DNA of 64,000 bases from Camelus ferus (taxonomy: Eukaryota): contig NC_045697.1 in assembly GCF_009834535.1 (NCBI RefSeq), positions 112,470,001 through 112,534,000 on the forward strand. The letters are read 5' to 3'. A program made the position numbers and the translations under genes. The notes beneath the pieces are model-generated. The model did not search any database. It was not told where the DNA came from and saw only the letters and a list, made by a program, of their open reading frames with translations. Shown here one piece after another: positions 1-13,344 of the stretch (within the stretch, counting starts at the first letter, position 1; each line of letters opens with the position of its first letter).

Positions 1-176
1 TTTTTAGATTCCACATATGAGCGATCTTATATGGTATTTTTCTTTCTCTTTCTTGCTTACTTCACTTAGAATGACATTCTCCAGGAACAACTGGATAAAG
101 AAGATGTGGTATATTTATACAATGAAATACTATTCAGCCATAAAAAATGACAACATAATGCCATTTGCAGGAACAT
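1..176 (-). mobile_element. Young L1 3' region, 5'-inverted (minus segment 1-89, plus segment 90-176); element extends beyond the window start
   Basis: 1-89 is antisense L1 (ttcacttagaatgacattctccagg). 90-176 is sense L1 (actggataaagaagatgtggtat...ccatttgcaggaacat). The two pieces are adjacent in L1 coordinates. Confidence 0.85.
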
Positions 177-1269
177 AAATGTCTGTTACACTTTGATTAT
201 CGTAGTCACTCTTTTTTTTTCTAGGTAGATGCATAATTTCTAATGAACTTAAATATAGATGAAATTAATGCATTGATATATTTTGAAATTTTAGTAGTAT
301 TTTTACTTTTTTCTTTTTTGATATTTTTTTGTTTTCAATATTTTGAGAAAATCTTGAGGAAAAATGTACTCAACTTTGAATTGCTTCATTTTCTAGAGCT
401 TGATAACTTTGTTTTACTGCAAACATAACAAAACCACTTTATAATTTCCTGTTCTTTGATTCAGTTGTATTTGAAGCCATGCTTCAGGGATATACCTGTT
501 TATGATAAGTCATTACGACCTTATAATGAAACCATAGAAGTAGGTTAAAGGTACATACTTATCTTCCATCACTGTGGCTCTGCCTTGCAGATATGTTTCC
601 TATGTGTCTGGCTCATCTGGCTCCAAATATCTTTTTAGTGCCAACCCTCTACTTGTCTGACCTCATTGCAACCACTACCTGCTACCACACCTTCTGAAAA
701 ATAGTCTTAACTGAGTAGCTTACTAATCACTTCAAACTCTCTCAGAAATCTACTCTGAATTTCAGGCAAGTAAATATGAAAATGAATCTTACTCCAACGA
801 TTTAATACTTTCCAAATATTAATGTTTTGTGTAGTTCTCCTTAAGAGATTGGCAATATTTATTTCTCAAGCCCCCAGTGATCTTCACTCACTTGAGAGTA
901 TATCACTTTATATAAAATTATTTACCAGTTATATTATATATAGACCTGTAAGTGCAATAATCTTTAAAAATATTATATATATATATATTTATATCATGTT
1001 AACACTTTAAATAGTTGACTATGGGTATAATATATAGTCATATATGTGGTTCATGTATGTATGTATGAATCTACTAATAATCAATATAATCATTTCAATA
1101 ATAAAGAACTTTTTTTTCTTGAATTCCCTTTAAAGTAATTTTGGCACTGTCTAAAAATGTATTACAATGTTATAAATGTATATCGACTGCATCTTCTTTC
1201 TATGCACTTTCAAACGGAATCTTTAAGAAAGATTTTAGAGTCATTATTCTAGGACTTAAGCATAAAAAA

Positions 1270-1400
1270 GACTCTATTTATGAGTCTTTAAAAGAATCTA
1301 GATGCCTAGAGCACACCCCTAAATGTTCTGATTTGTTGGGACCAAGAGGAAGCAATCCTAGTGATGCTGATGTCCATATATAATGGGTCACATTTTTAGT
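1270..1400. mobile_element. MER5-like hAT MITE fragment
   Basis: gatgcctagagcacacccc...ttctgattt...tagtgatgctgatgt resembles the MER5A/B body. Confidence 0.5.
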
Positions 1401-2676
1401 ATTCTATTTTAGATGACAATCACCTAGCTCAGTATCAAATGCAATTATGCATTAAATAATTTCTCTTTGTTGATGTCTTTAATAAATTTAAGCAGATCCT
1501 TCACTGAATTGTTGATTGGCTCTCATTCTAAGAGAAATGCCAAAAAAAAAAAAAAAAGACTACAGTGTTGTATATTTCCATATATAATGACTTCATTGTT
1601 GTTGGTTGTATTTCCAAATGGAACTCTATAGTTTTAATTTGAGCATAGTTCCTCTCCAGGATTTCTGATTTATATGGAGCTGAGGAGACTCTGCTTGGAA
1701 AAAAAGAAGACAAGAGAAGCACTAATAACCAACCGGGAGGACCCTGTCCTTTTCCTTGAATAAGAGGATCTCAAGGACAGTGATCAAAGCAGATTCTCTA
1801 TGGAATTCCTTCAAAAGACACATAAGGAAATGAGAGGGAACATCCAGGGTATAGATCACCCTGCCTAAACCTGACAGATGCTATCCAGACTGAGCTCAAC
1901 TTACTGTATGTCTTAGCTGCTTGGAGAAATAATTGCTCAGTTAAATTTGAGAAATTAGTTTTTCTTTAATTTCTCTGATAGACTCCACGATGCTTGGACA
2001 TGTGTCTTGAATCTACTATTTTTTTTAATTGTTAATGCATGCACATGCCAGAAGAAATTCAGAGTTCAAAATAACAGACAAAAGTAACCCTCCCTTTTGC
2101 CCCTGCACACAGGCCTCTAGTTCTTTTCCTAGACAACTGCTATTAGTCTATTTCTTATGTATATTCCCAGAGGCTATTGCATGTGATGGTGTGTGTCAGG
2201 GGTGGGGAGAAATATAAATAAATGCAGGTCAGGAAATTCCCTTGATTTTAAATTAGCAGGAGATATGCATTAAAGAGCAACTTAGTGGCCTGAGTTAATG
2301 TCACTGAACAGCTTATTTACCACCAGAGACTGACTGACTTAGATACAAGAGGAAATATAATATATCCTTTAAGTAAGCATGTATTCTCTTAAGGAAAAAA
2401 ATGAAAATTTTAAAGCAGTCTTCAGCAGACAACAGAAATTTCAACGAGAACTCATTTTAGCATAATGAAAATGATTTGTATCTTAAGATACCCCTTGAGA
2501 TTGTAGAAACACTGGTCAGCAGTCAGTTGTTCCAGCAGAGTAAAGTCACTGTGTACCCTATTGCAGTAATGTGTTTGGAAAGCAATTTGAAAGTAACAGG
2601 AAAAGTTGCTTCCCTTGACCCATTCTTGACATTTCTTTGTAATATCAAACTGAAGAGGTTTTAAAATGGTTAACAA

Positions 2677-2696
2677 ATATATATATATATGTGTGT

Positions 2697-2733
<37 letters not shown>

Positions 2734-2749
2734 CACACATATATATATA
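2677..2749. repeat. Compound (TA)n(TG)n(CA)n(TA)n microsatellite
   Basis: Directly visible alternating purine-pyrimidine tract. Confidence 0.97.
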
Positions 2750-4154
2750 GTGGCCCAAAAAGGTCAAAGTTTATAACTGATTATTGAGTAAGAATGCCTT
2801 TGATAACAAAACTTGAATTGGATACCTACGGTTTATAATATATAATGCTAGGGCTATAAAATACCCTTGAGGAACTTTAAATATCTTTGAGAAATGACAT
2901 ATATGTGAAAAAATAGTCTGTGTAATACATTCATCATCTAGGAAGTGACACCATACTGAGTGGACTCTGAATCAGATTCTCTTCAGACCTAAGCTACATT
3001 GTTTTATTTGGGAGAGGATATTCCTGTAGTTCACATCAAATTTCAAGAATTTTAGTTCTCTTTTAGACTGTGCTTCTACTAGCACTTACCAACAGCCTAG
3101 GTCATTTATTTTTGGTAAAGTTATCAACTGATTAGTCTTTGAACCTTAGAATTTATGTAGGTCACAAATATATGATCTTTCTTTAGGCAAAATTTTACTC
3201 TCTGTTGCATGTATGTGCACATGTGTTTGTGTGTGTCTATATATTTAATGTCATGAGACATTTATTTAAATGGTTTTGAATCCAATAAAATGATACTCAT
3301 CTTACTTCTTCAAGTTCACAACCAGCTGAGGGATAGAGAGGAAATCAGTTTGACTGGAGATCAAAATATCCATTTTATTCTTGATAAAAGATTGGTGTAT
3401 TGGCTTAAATCTGTAGTTCTAATGGGCCAGCCCTCTAACCTTGAATGAGGTAGATTTTTCCACCTGATCATTGGCTCAGTGGAGCAACCACCAGCTTCCC
3501 CCCATTGTGGCAAACCTTTTCCTGGAATGCATGAGAGCACCTGGAATACGTATCTCCTGCTGAGACCTCCTTAGAAAAAGACCCTGAAGGGACCAAGTTA
3601 CAGTTTCCCTGTGCCTGCTCCCAAGGGCACCAATCAATTTATTCCTCTTCCTTGCTAGGAAGTTGATATCAGATCTGGAGCAACTATTGTACAAGTGGTG
3701 CCTGGGACATTGTATTCTCCCAGAAAGCAAGGGAGTTTAAGGACTCATGGGATTATGTTAAGAGCAAAGGTGACCCAGTTTGAAGATGTTCCTACTGCAT
3801 AAATTTATGACATTTTGAGCATCTGAAAATGATAATGTCTATAGTTAATTACAATACATGATATAAAAATCCATGAACCCTAAAGATAAATATATGCATC
3901 TGTATGTATATATGTGCAAACATACATTAATGAGAGAGGGGGAAATAAGAACATTTTTTTGTGAAAAATGTGCTAGATTTAGAAGTATATGGAATGATAG
4001 GATTGAGAATTCAGCATTTACGTCTGATTCATTCAATGCTAAATATTCATTCAATACTAAAGGGTAGGAGTATTCAGTTCAATGCTAAAATCGTCACATT
4101 AGTGATCATTGGGGAACAGGATATTCGAATGCTGACGAAGGAACCAGTACAGAT

Positions 4155-4370
4155 GTAAAAGGGAAAATGTACATTTACAGTGGCCAGAACTTGTTGTCAT
4201 CATCTGAGCCAAATGACTACATTTATAGTTGATTATCATTAATGGTAGGGCAATGTGATTATTATTATTATTATTATTTTTTTACTTTCTGTTATGTGGC
4301 AACAGGAAGAAAATCACCTGTAATGTATGCTTACTAATAATGTTAACCTGAATCTAATAAATCCTCTACA
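4155..4370 (+). mobile_element. Old L1ME-type 3' end fragment
   Basis: aaagggaaaatgtacatttacagtgg...aacctgaatctaataaatcctcta resembles the L1ME 3' UTR. Confidence 0.55.
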
Positions 4371-4711
4371 CCCCATTCCAGAGCCTAGAGAGGAGGAGAA
4401 AAATAGAGGAGAGAGGGAGGGAGGGAAGAAAGGAGCGTTGTTTTGTCACTCTATCTCTGCCCTACAACAATTTCTCTCTCTTGATATAGGAATCATTTAT
4501 ACTACCAAGCGCACAGACAGCTACAGGTTTTGTTTTGTTTTATTTTGTTTTCTTGGCTGTTCTGCATAGGATTTCTTTTAGAATTCAGAATATCTCAAGG
4601 AGTAATTAAAAATCAGTGTCAATATATAGGATTTGCAAGTAAATATTGACTCATACATTTTCTGGCAAGGACTAATCAGTTAATGCATTCCTGAGAAAAG
4701 TATTTTCTTTT

Positions 4712-4850
4712 CTTTTTTTGAGGGGAGAGGTAGTTAGGTTTATTTATTTATTTATGTGTTTATTATTGTTGTTGTTATTTTTTAATGGAGGTACTGGGGA
4801 TTGAACGCAGGGCTTTGTGCATGTTAAGCAGGCACTCTACCACTGAGCTC
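4712..4850 (-). mobile_element. tRNA-derived SINE, camelid Vic-1-like
   Basis: Reverse strand reads agctcagtggtagagtgcctgcttaacatgcacaaagccctgcgttcaatccccagtacctcc (A and B boxes), followed by an A-rich tail. Confidence 0.9.
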
Positions 4851-6084
4851 CCATTTGCTTTTGCTCCCCCCAATTGCTTTTTTTAATAGAAATTTACATG
4901 GCATATACTGTGTATTCAATGCCCAAACTCCATGTAAGAAATTGCATTTTTATGTAAAGCTAGTTAATTCACTGAAGACCACTCAAGAGCTGTGCTAATT
5001 AAACTGTTTCTGTTTTATGGAGCAAAATAGTATGAGCTACTGAGAGTAACAGGCACAGGAAACTAGTTTGCGAACAGGTCCGTCATCAATGGAATTTTAA
5101 AAGATTTACTATCCCCTTTGGTAATTAATTCTTAGACTTTCCAGTGTCAGATCTTAGAAGTACAGTCACAAATAGTTTCCTATTCTGTTTGCTTATAATC
5201 ATACAAAAGAGGGAAGTATAAATTCATGTTAGTAACATGTATTATTAATTTGTTTTTCTCAATCAGTTCTCAGAAATGATCTTTTTCCTTGATGAGCATT
5301 ATGCTGCCATTATAAAAACTGCTCTTTCAAGTTTGACGACAAATTAGGTTTACAATTATGGGATTGCATTTCTAAATACCAAACGTAATTTGCTCTGACA
5401 GGAGAAATTTCTTTCCTGTAGACAAATGCTCAAGCTCTTCCATTGTTTAATGGCAAATTAAATAGAAAACTTATCTTCTCATTACCTGCATATACTTTAT
5501 TTAGCTTCCTTCCATCTGCTCTGCAAATGCTCTTATAAAACAGTATCCCATGGCAACCCCCAAAGGCATTTGAGCTCCCTGTCTCCCAAGTGAGCTCGTC
5601 TCTCCCGGGGAAACCACCTTAGCACATGAAGGACAGCATTTTTCTTTAATTTAGAAGGGGGTTCCTATGTGAGGGCCCCTTCCACAATTTCCATGATCAC
5701 ATATAGATATTGCATATACATTCCTTTTAAACTTACAAGAAGATACTGGATTTTCACATGGTGTGTGAATCATGTTTAAATCCCAGAGAAGAGAATGAGA
5801 CACGTTATTTCACAAAATCACTGCTCTCTGGTCTGTAGACAACGAGATGACAGATAATCATTTTTATCAATGTAAAAAATGTCTCTATCCTAGAAAGTTA
5901 TTTGAAGCAAAAGCTTATAGATTTAGAATTTTCATAGGAAGGGAAAAATTCAAGTCCATTTACTTTGTATTTTTAATCCATAACTATATCCATTAACTTG
6001 TTCATTGATGCTGAGAGAATTGTGGCTCCTGCAACCAACAGTGAGCCCAAAGCAGCCAACCTGGGATCTGCCTAATAGTCCTAA

Positions 6085-6200
6085 TATTTGTAGGTCATTT
6101 ATTGCCTCTAAACTTCAATTTTCCAGTTTACAAAATGGGTGTTACTTCACAGGGTGTTGTGAAAATAATAGGAGATTTTTGTAAAAACTCTTTATTAATG
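6085..6200 (+). mobile_element. MIR fragment
   Basis: MIR core-like gcctctaaacttcaattttccagtttacaaaatggg...acttcacagggtgttgtgaaaat. Confidence 0.65.
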
Positions 6201-7859
6201 ACAAAGCACTAGGTAGGGTTCATTTTACACTCTGTTCTTCAACATTTCATTATTGTAAGTGTAGTCTATACACAATTAAAACATAATGATATTGTGGCTT
6301 TAAGCAGTTTAGTCAAAACAATAAAATGAAGTGAAATTCTTAATGAAATCATTATTGGCATTTGAAATCTTGAGTGAGAAAGAAAATGTAAACTGCTTTC
6401 TATGTAATCTGTCCTTCTTATGAAACCAGAGAACTCTGTATTTGAATTTAAAATTGCTTTTGTACCTTTGAATACACATCCATATTTTAATAACTGTTTT
6501 CAAAGCATAATTATTTTGAAAAATGCTTTAACGTTCTATTATGATAAACTATTGTGAAGAAACTAAAATGCATATGTGCTTAAAAAGATTTTTGTTTTTA
6601 ATATTTTATTCCATTTTTTCTTTCAGATGTTATCATTGGTGCTTCAGAATGATTATGTTTACAAATGTGTGACTTTTGCATTCTAATGAAGTCTTATCAA
6701 AACCATTATGCTAATTTATTGCATATGCTTTTACAAAACTCTACATTGTAACTTACAAATATACTTTATCAAAATTCAGTAACATAGGGTTTACTTTCTA
6801 AAATAAATGTGATTTTAGAAAAAATTTTAAACTAGAAGTTTATTTAGAGCAGTAATTCATTAGAAAATAACATTTGATTGGACCAACTGATAGAGAGGAA
6901 ACTGTGGGAAAAAAAATCTACATTGAGCCAATACTTCTGTATATAATACAAATCATACAATGAGTAAAATCATGAATACATAGTGAAATTATATTATTAG
7001 CTAATATAGAGAAAAGCTAATACAAGAAGTTGGACATGCTTATCACCAAACTTTTCCACAACCACTTTTCAGAGACTATACCAGCCTTCTAGATAATTTA
7101 TTCTCAGATAATTCATTCTGGCTTCCAAACTGGAAGGAGTGTCTCACTTTTACATTTTTGCTTAACTACAACCATACAGAATAGGAAAGTACAGGTTCAT
7201 GCTACTAAAATGTATCATTTGACTTTCTGAAGTATTTCTTCGAGCTATATGTTTTCTTAAAGAGTGTTATCAAGCCATTATAAAGTGCCTTATCAAGTTT
7301 CATATAAATAAATAGATTTATAATTGTGAGATTGAATTTCCAGATGACAAATCACATGTGTTGTGTCAGGAGCTTCTTCTTGCTTCATCTTAATCACTGC
7401 TATTCTGTTGTAGAACAGAAAGAGAAGAACCACAAAAACCCTACGGTTCCAGGTGGACTAATATTTTGCTACAATAACACTTTCCAGCTTCTCTGTGCTC
7501 ACCGTTCCTCCTAGGAGCCATAGTGCCTTTTAAAGCTGAGATAAGTATTTAAAAATCAAGACTGGTGCTCTTTATCGTCCCTTTCTTCCTTGTCACTTTT
7601 CTTCTCTTTCTAAACAATCTGGTTCAGAAGCCATTAGGTGCGAACAACCAAGGAGGGCATTTGTAAGCGGGGCAGGTTGAGAGGACAGAGGTGAAGTGGG
7701 CGGTGCTGGGGGGGTTGGGGAGTCACATCAAGGAGTCATCCCGCACCATCCAGGGAGATGTCCACGAGGGGAAGTGGATCAGAGATGCTGTGTGTTCTCC
7801 CATGTTGGCATGGGGGTGTCTTCAGTGTGGCGTGGGATCGCTGGTCAACGTGTAAATCC

Positions 7860-9400
7860 ATGAACACTTCTGTAGGATTCCTGCAAAGATGCTACCGCGC
7901 TGAGTTCGCACTAGCGGTGCGTGTCTGTGCGCGTGCGCACGGTGCTTCCTTACAGCTTTGCCGGTCTGTTCTCAGTGTGGATATATATATTTTTCATTTG
8001 TGTCAGCATGAGAGATGAGAAATAGTACCTTAGGGTAGTTAAATATATTTTATATATTGTAATTATTTTATATAACATAATAATTATACAATAATATAAA
8101 TTATTATAATTTATATATGTATAAATATATAATATATATTTAATAAAAATATTGTATCTTTTTATTGTGAGTACATGATTTCATGTGTTTAAAGGTACTT
8201 GTATATCTTTTCTTGTGAATCCTCTGTTCGTACTTTTTGGGTATTTCTACAAGCATATTGAGGTTTTAAGTTCTTTTCTCCTTAATTTGAAAGAGTGTGG
8301 TCAGTCTTCAGAGCTGTTTGTCAGAGAGCTTATAATTTATCATTTGAATTTGCCTATAGTTTGCTTTATTATTTTAAAAACATAAGTGGATATTATCTGT
8401 ATTTTAAATACATAGGTGACTATATTTGTGTTTTCTTTTCTTGTGTATGGATTTTACATCATTTTTAGAAAATCTGACCTACAGGCTATAAGGAATAAAG
8501 GCATGTTTTTTTCTTGTGTATGTTTTTGTTTATTTACTTTTATTTTTGGATTTGGATATCTGATCTACTTAAAGTAATTCTGCTCTGTAGTGTTATAGAT
8601 CTAGTTTTATTTGGATGGCTACCCATTTGTTCACACAGTTTTATTTAAAAATCCATTTTCTACCAGAATTATATTGACAAATCTGATTCTTGAATGTCTA
8701 CTCTGTGTGTATTTACGGCCACTACAATACTGTTTTAATTATATCAGCCTTATGGTATGTCTTCCTGTTTGCTAGGGAGAAGGCCTCTCTTTTCTTTTGC
8801 AGGGTTTTCTGGATAGTCTCCATTGTTGATTTTTCCACTTGTATTTTAGAGTCAACTTGTCCAGCTTTATAAGGAAAAACCAACAACAACAAGAAAAGAA
8901 AAACCACTCACCATTTTGTGGGGATAATAAAAAATGTATATATTAATGCTGACAAATTATTGTTTTATGTTTACTTTGCATCTTTCATAAGGAAGTTAAA
9001 GTTTTCTTCAAATATACTGCATTTTTCTTGATAAATGTATTCCTAAGCATTTCATCTTTTTCTCACTGTTGTTGCTTTCCTTGTAACTGAGACAGTTCCT
9101 GCATTATATGTGGAAATATACATCAAGGTTATTTATTTTGAATGTCAGTTTAGATTTTTCCTATCTTACTAAATGTGTGGTTTTAACATTGGTTGTAGTA
9201 TTGTTTCAGCCCTTGGGTTTTCCATGCAGGCCATTCACCCACAAATCACCATAGTCTGCCTCTTTCTTTTCAATGATATATCTCTAATTGTTTTCTCTTA
9301 TCTGATCACTTTGGCTACTAAATCCAACAGTAGTGAGCACCACTGTCTTGTAACTTTAGTGAGAGAACTTGATAATTCTCTATTTAGATTTTGCCTGGAA
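7860..9400 (-). mobile_element. Highly decayed L1ME-type ORF2 fragments, interrupted by an AT-rich low-complexity tract at ~8040-8150
   Basis: T-rich antisense L1 motifs, e.g. actacaatactgttttaattat, tttagagtcaacttgtccag, aaatgtattcctaagcatttcat. Confidence 0.6.
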
Positions 9401-9836
9401 TGAATGTGTTCAGAACAGAACCAAAATGAATCCTTCCACCCTCGTGACTGAAAAGTGATCTTATTCAAACTCCTTGTAACATTGACTCAGGGAATATATG
9501 GGACTATTCCAGATGCAATATAAATGTGAAATTCTAATGTGAATTTCTCTTTCCTGCGCTACATACTCTGTCCCAGGTAGCTGGGATTGTCTTTTAGTAA
9601 ACAGGAGTTCAGCAAGCAGCACAAGGCAGTGAGAAGAAAGTATAAAACTGAGGGGCCTCCAGAAGCACTGTCTTCCATGAGCTGATGGTTCACACCTCTT
9701 TAGTTTAGCCCCATCCTTACCTACCTAGCCTCATTTCTCAGAAACATGTGCATCCTAGCAATGATTGCTGACTGGGATTCACAAGACCTTGATGTGTATG
9801 CTGTGTGGCCTGTTCTGTATCTTTCTTCTGTTCCAC

Positions 9837-10075
9837 CTTTATTGAGGTATGATTGACAAATAACATTGTAAGATATTTAAAGTGTACAGCATGATGATTT
9901 AATATACATTGTGAAAGAATACCCCTTAACATCCATCCACATGTTTTCTTTTTTTTCTGTGAGAACATTTAAGTTCTATTTTAGCAACTTTCAATTATAC
10001 AATACAGTGTTGTGAACGACATCTCCATCCTCAGATCGTATTCCTCTTATAAATCGAAGTTTGTCCTCTTTTAGC
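9837..10075 (-). mobile_element. L1MA-type 3' end
   Basis: ttttattgaggtatgattgacaaataacattgtaagatatttaaagtgtacagc is the reverse complement of an L1 3' terminus. Confidence 0.8.
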
Positions 10076-10159
10076 AGTCAACATCCGTTTTTTTTGTTTG
10101 TTTGTTTGTTTTTTTTGGTTTATTTTGCTTTGAAAGGGGATTTTGCTGCTTTCTTTCTT

Positions 10160-10853
10160 TCTTGAAGTATACTCGGTTTATAATGTATCAGTTTCTGGTG
10201 TACAGCATAATGTTTCAGTCATACATATATATACATATATTCTTTTTCATAATCTTTTTCATTATAGGTTACTAAAGATGTTAAATATAGTTCCCTGTAC
10301 CATATAGAAGAAATTTGTTTTCTATCTATTTTATATAGAGTAGTTAGTATTTTCAAATCTTGAACTCTCACTGTATCCCTTCCCACCCCCTTTCTCCCCA
10401 GTAACCATAAGTTTGTTTAATATATCTGTGAATCTGTTTCTGTTTCGTAAATAAGTTCATTTGTGTCTTCTTTTTTCTTTTTCTTTTTTATTCCACATAT
10501 GAGTTGTATCATATGGTATTTATGGATAACTTCACTTAGAATGACGATCTCCACATCCATCCATGTTGCTGCAAATGACACCATTTTATTCTTTTTATGG
10601 CTGAGTAGTATTCCATTGTGTGAATATATATATACCACAAACTTCTTTACCAGTCCTCTATCAATGGACATTTAGGTTGTTTCCATGTCTTGGCTATTGT
10701 ATATAGTGCTGCTATGAACATGGGGGTGCATGTATCTTTTTGAATTAGAGTTCCCTTTGGATATATGGCCAGGAGTAGGATTGCTGGATCATATGGTAAG
10801 TCTATTTTTAGTTTTTTGAGGAATATCCAGAACTGTTTTCCATAATGGCTGCA
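10160..10853 (-). mobile_element. 5'-truncated young L1 (3' UTR plus ORF2 C-terminus)
   Basis: ORF 10417-10671 contains FAATWMDVEIVILSEV (L1 ORF2 C-terminus); 3' UTR resembles the other young L1s in the window. Confidence 0.92.
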
Positions 10854-10979
10854 GAGGGAAGGGTATCTTGAATTGGGGTGTTGGAGGAAGGGGGTGGCAG
10901 AAAACTGCTAGAGGCAGCAGTCAGATGCTAGGTGTCGGATGCCAGGCTGAAGGAAGGTTTTCATCATCATTATTTTTAA

Positions 10980-12600
10980 AATACTTCAATTTTGGTGTAA
11001 GTTATCCCTTCTAATCTCAAATTTTGTAAATAAGATTTTTAAAAATTTTGGGTGACAGAGACTTTAACATTTTTGGTATTAATTTTTAGTTTTATCGCAT
11101 TGTGACTAAGAAATGTTGTTTGTATTATTTCTGCTATGAGACCTAGTAAGGTTTTTTAAGGACCTAATGTATGATCAGTTCTTACTGGTATGAAGAATGT
11201 GTGCCTTTTTGGGGAGGTGTGCAAAAATCCTTATTAGTTAACTCTTATTAATGAAATCCATATTAATTAAAAAATAAATTATATATATTTATATCTTATA
11301 GATATATTTCACACTTGTGTGTTGGTCTTGTATTTTCTATCAATTTCCTGAATCTACTTGTTTATTTTGAAAGTGGGTGTGGTGATATTGCATTCAGATA
11401 TTTATAACTTATAAATTCATTGTTATTTTTGGTCTTTAGCATTACAAAATGCCCTTTGTTTCCTGTTCTTTAGTGTTTTACGATCTGAATTTTACTTGCT
11501 ATGTCAGAATTAAAAGCTAACTGCATTTGACTGTCATTTTATTTGATTAGCATTGGCTGGGACACATTTGCACATCCTTTTTTATATTTTGCTTTTATGA
11601 ATCAATTTTGTTTAGCTGTGGCTCTTGTTTCCAAAATAAAATTGAATTTTGTGTTTTAGAAAAACTATAAAGGTGAATTAAGCATGTTTCCATTTATTCA
11701 TATTTTATATTTGTATTTTTAAATTTTTCACATGATTTATATCTTTGTTCTTGTGATTTTATTTGTTCTAAGACTTTACAATGCTTTCACTACTTTTCCT
11801 TACTTATCTTTCTTCTATTTGGTTTGTCAGCATTAATATTAAATAATATCTATTAATTACCACTTCCTATGCAATAATTATCTTAGTATTTTTCTTTTCT
11901 CCTCCTCTTCCCATTTTTCAGTTGAATTATTTCTACTCTATATATGTTATAACCTTTCCTTATTATTCTTCCACAAATATACCAACCTATCTTTTTGCCT
12001 AGGTTCACAAATAAATTCTATCTACGAGGCTCATCACTGGTTGCTTTTCTTAAATCATAATTTCCCTAATTGTCTCTTGATTAGCTGAGGTTCCTTCTAC
12101 CTAAGGACAGGCTCATGAGCATAATATCCCCTGTGTTCTTGGAAGTTTAGTATTGTTTTCCCAGGCTTTGATGCTTAAACTTAACTTGGCTATCTGCAAC
12201 ATAATCATCTCACACCTCTCATTACTTCATTGATAATGTTTTGCCAATGTTTTCTTACTTTGTATGCTTACGTCAAGAAGTCTGTGGTCAGCCAAATTTT
12301 CTTTTGCTTTTCAGTGAATCTTTTTTTTTTTTTTTTGCTATTTGCCCAGATATTTTTTCTTTATCTAAAAATATAATAATTTTACTAGGATATTTATTAA
12401 TAAGTGTATGTCTTGGAACTGATTATTTTTTCCAAGTATAGGTTGACACTTTCAATACATAAAATTTTGCTTTTACTTCTGGAATGTTTTCTTCAATTAT
12501 ATTTAAAGTGTTTACTTCCAGCCTGTTATTTGATTTTTCTTCTTCAGTGACTCCAATTATGTATGTTTGAGATTCTTTGTCCCTGTTTATCCCTTTGCCT
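10980..12600 (-). mobile_element. Decayed old L1 (L1M/L1ME) body fragments
   Basis: Antisense L1-like motifs such as tttagttttatcgcattgtg and ttcttcttcagtgactccaattatgtatgttt. Confidence 0.5.
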
Positions 12601-13344
12601 AAATCTTTTTCTATACTTAAAATTATGAACTCTGATGGGTGTTACCTGTGTTCAGTAACACTGGGACTCCACCTCACTTACCTTACTTCTTTACCCTTAA
12701 CCTACCTCTGCTTATGAATGGACCAGGAACTATCCATGTTGATTTCAAATTTACATGTTATTGAAAGTTTAATAACTGTGTCCTAATTATTCTGTAGGAT
12801 GTGGGTGATTTTATTTTATATCTTTATTGATTTCTATTTTTTGTTTTAGGCACAAAGAGTTTCAGATTCAAGCCACTGAAATTTTGTTATAGAAATCAAA
12901 ATTTAGAATTCAGTATTTAGACAGTTCCAATACTTATATGTTCCATATTGAATTTTCTAATATTTAAGGTTGGTATATTTGACAGTATTTTGCACACAAT
13001 GAGTTTCTAATAATTGCAGTTGTGGTGTTACATTTACATTTGGCAGAGGATGCTGAAAATGTTCAGTATATTCTGTAAAGACATATTTTAAAGGTATTTG
13101 GTAAGTTACTTCTGTACTATTTTATAGCACTTCAGTGAATATCATGCTGTATTTTGAAGTACAACTTAAGGTTTTTAGTTCTGATATGATTTCTCATAAA
13201 TATATAGTATTACTATGTCTAGTCGATATATAAATTGGTCTAGTCAATACAGGTAAGTCTAGTCAATATTAATTGAAGCATTACATAGCTTTTATTCATA
13301 CTTATCATAGTTCACCAAATTACATGCATCATCTATACACTTGC

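Noticed and set aside
2452..2736. ORF with a THTHTH repeat
   Set aside because: Translation of the (TG)n microsatellite
6627..6700. Strong-looking acceptor ttttttctttcag|ATG
   Set aside because: No convincing downstream donor or sustained ORF in very AT-rich sequence
13217..13268. Repeat-spacer pattern resembling CRISPR
   Set aside because: 12-bp repeats with 7-9-nt spacers, three copies, mammalian context and no cas genes
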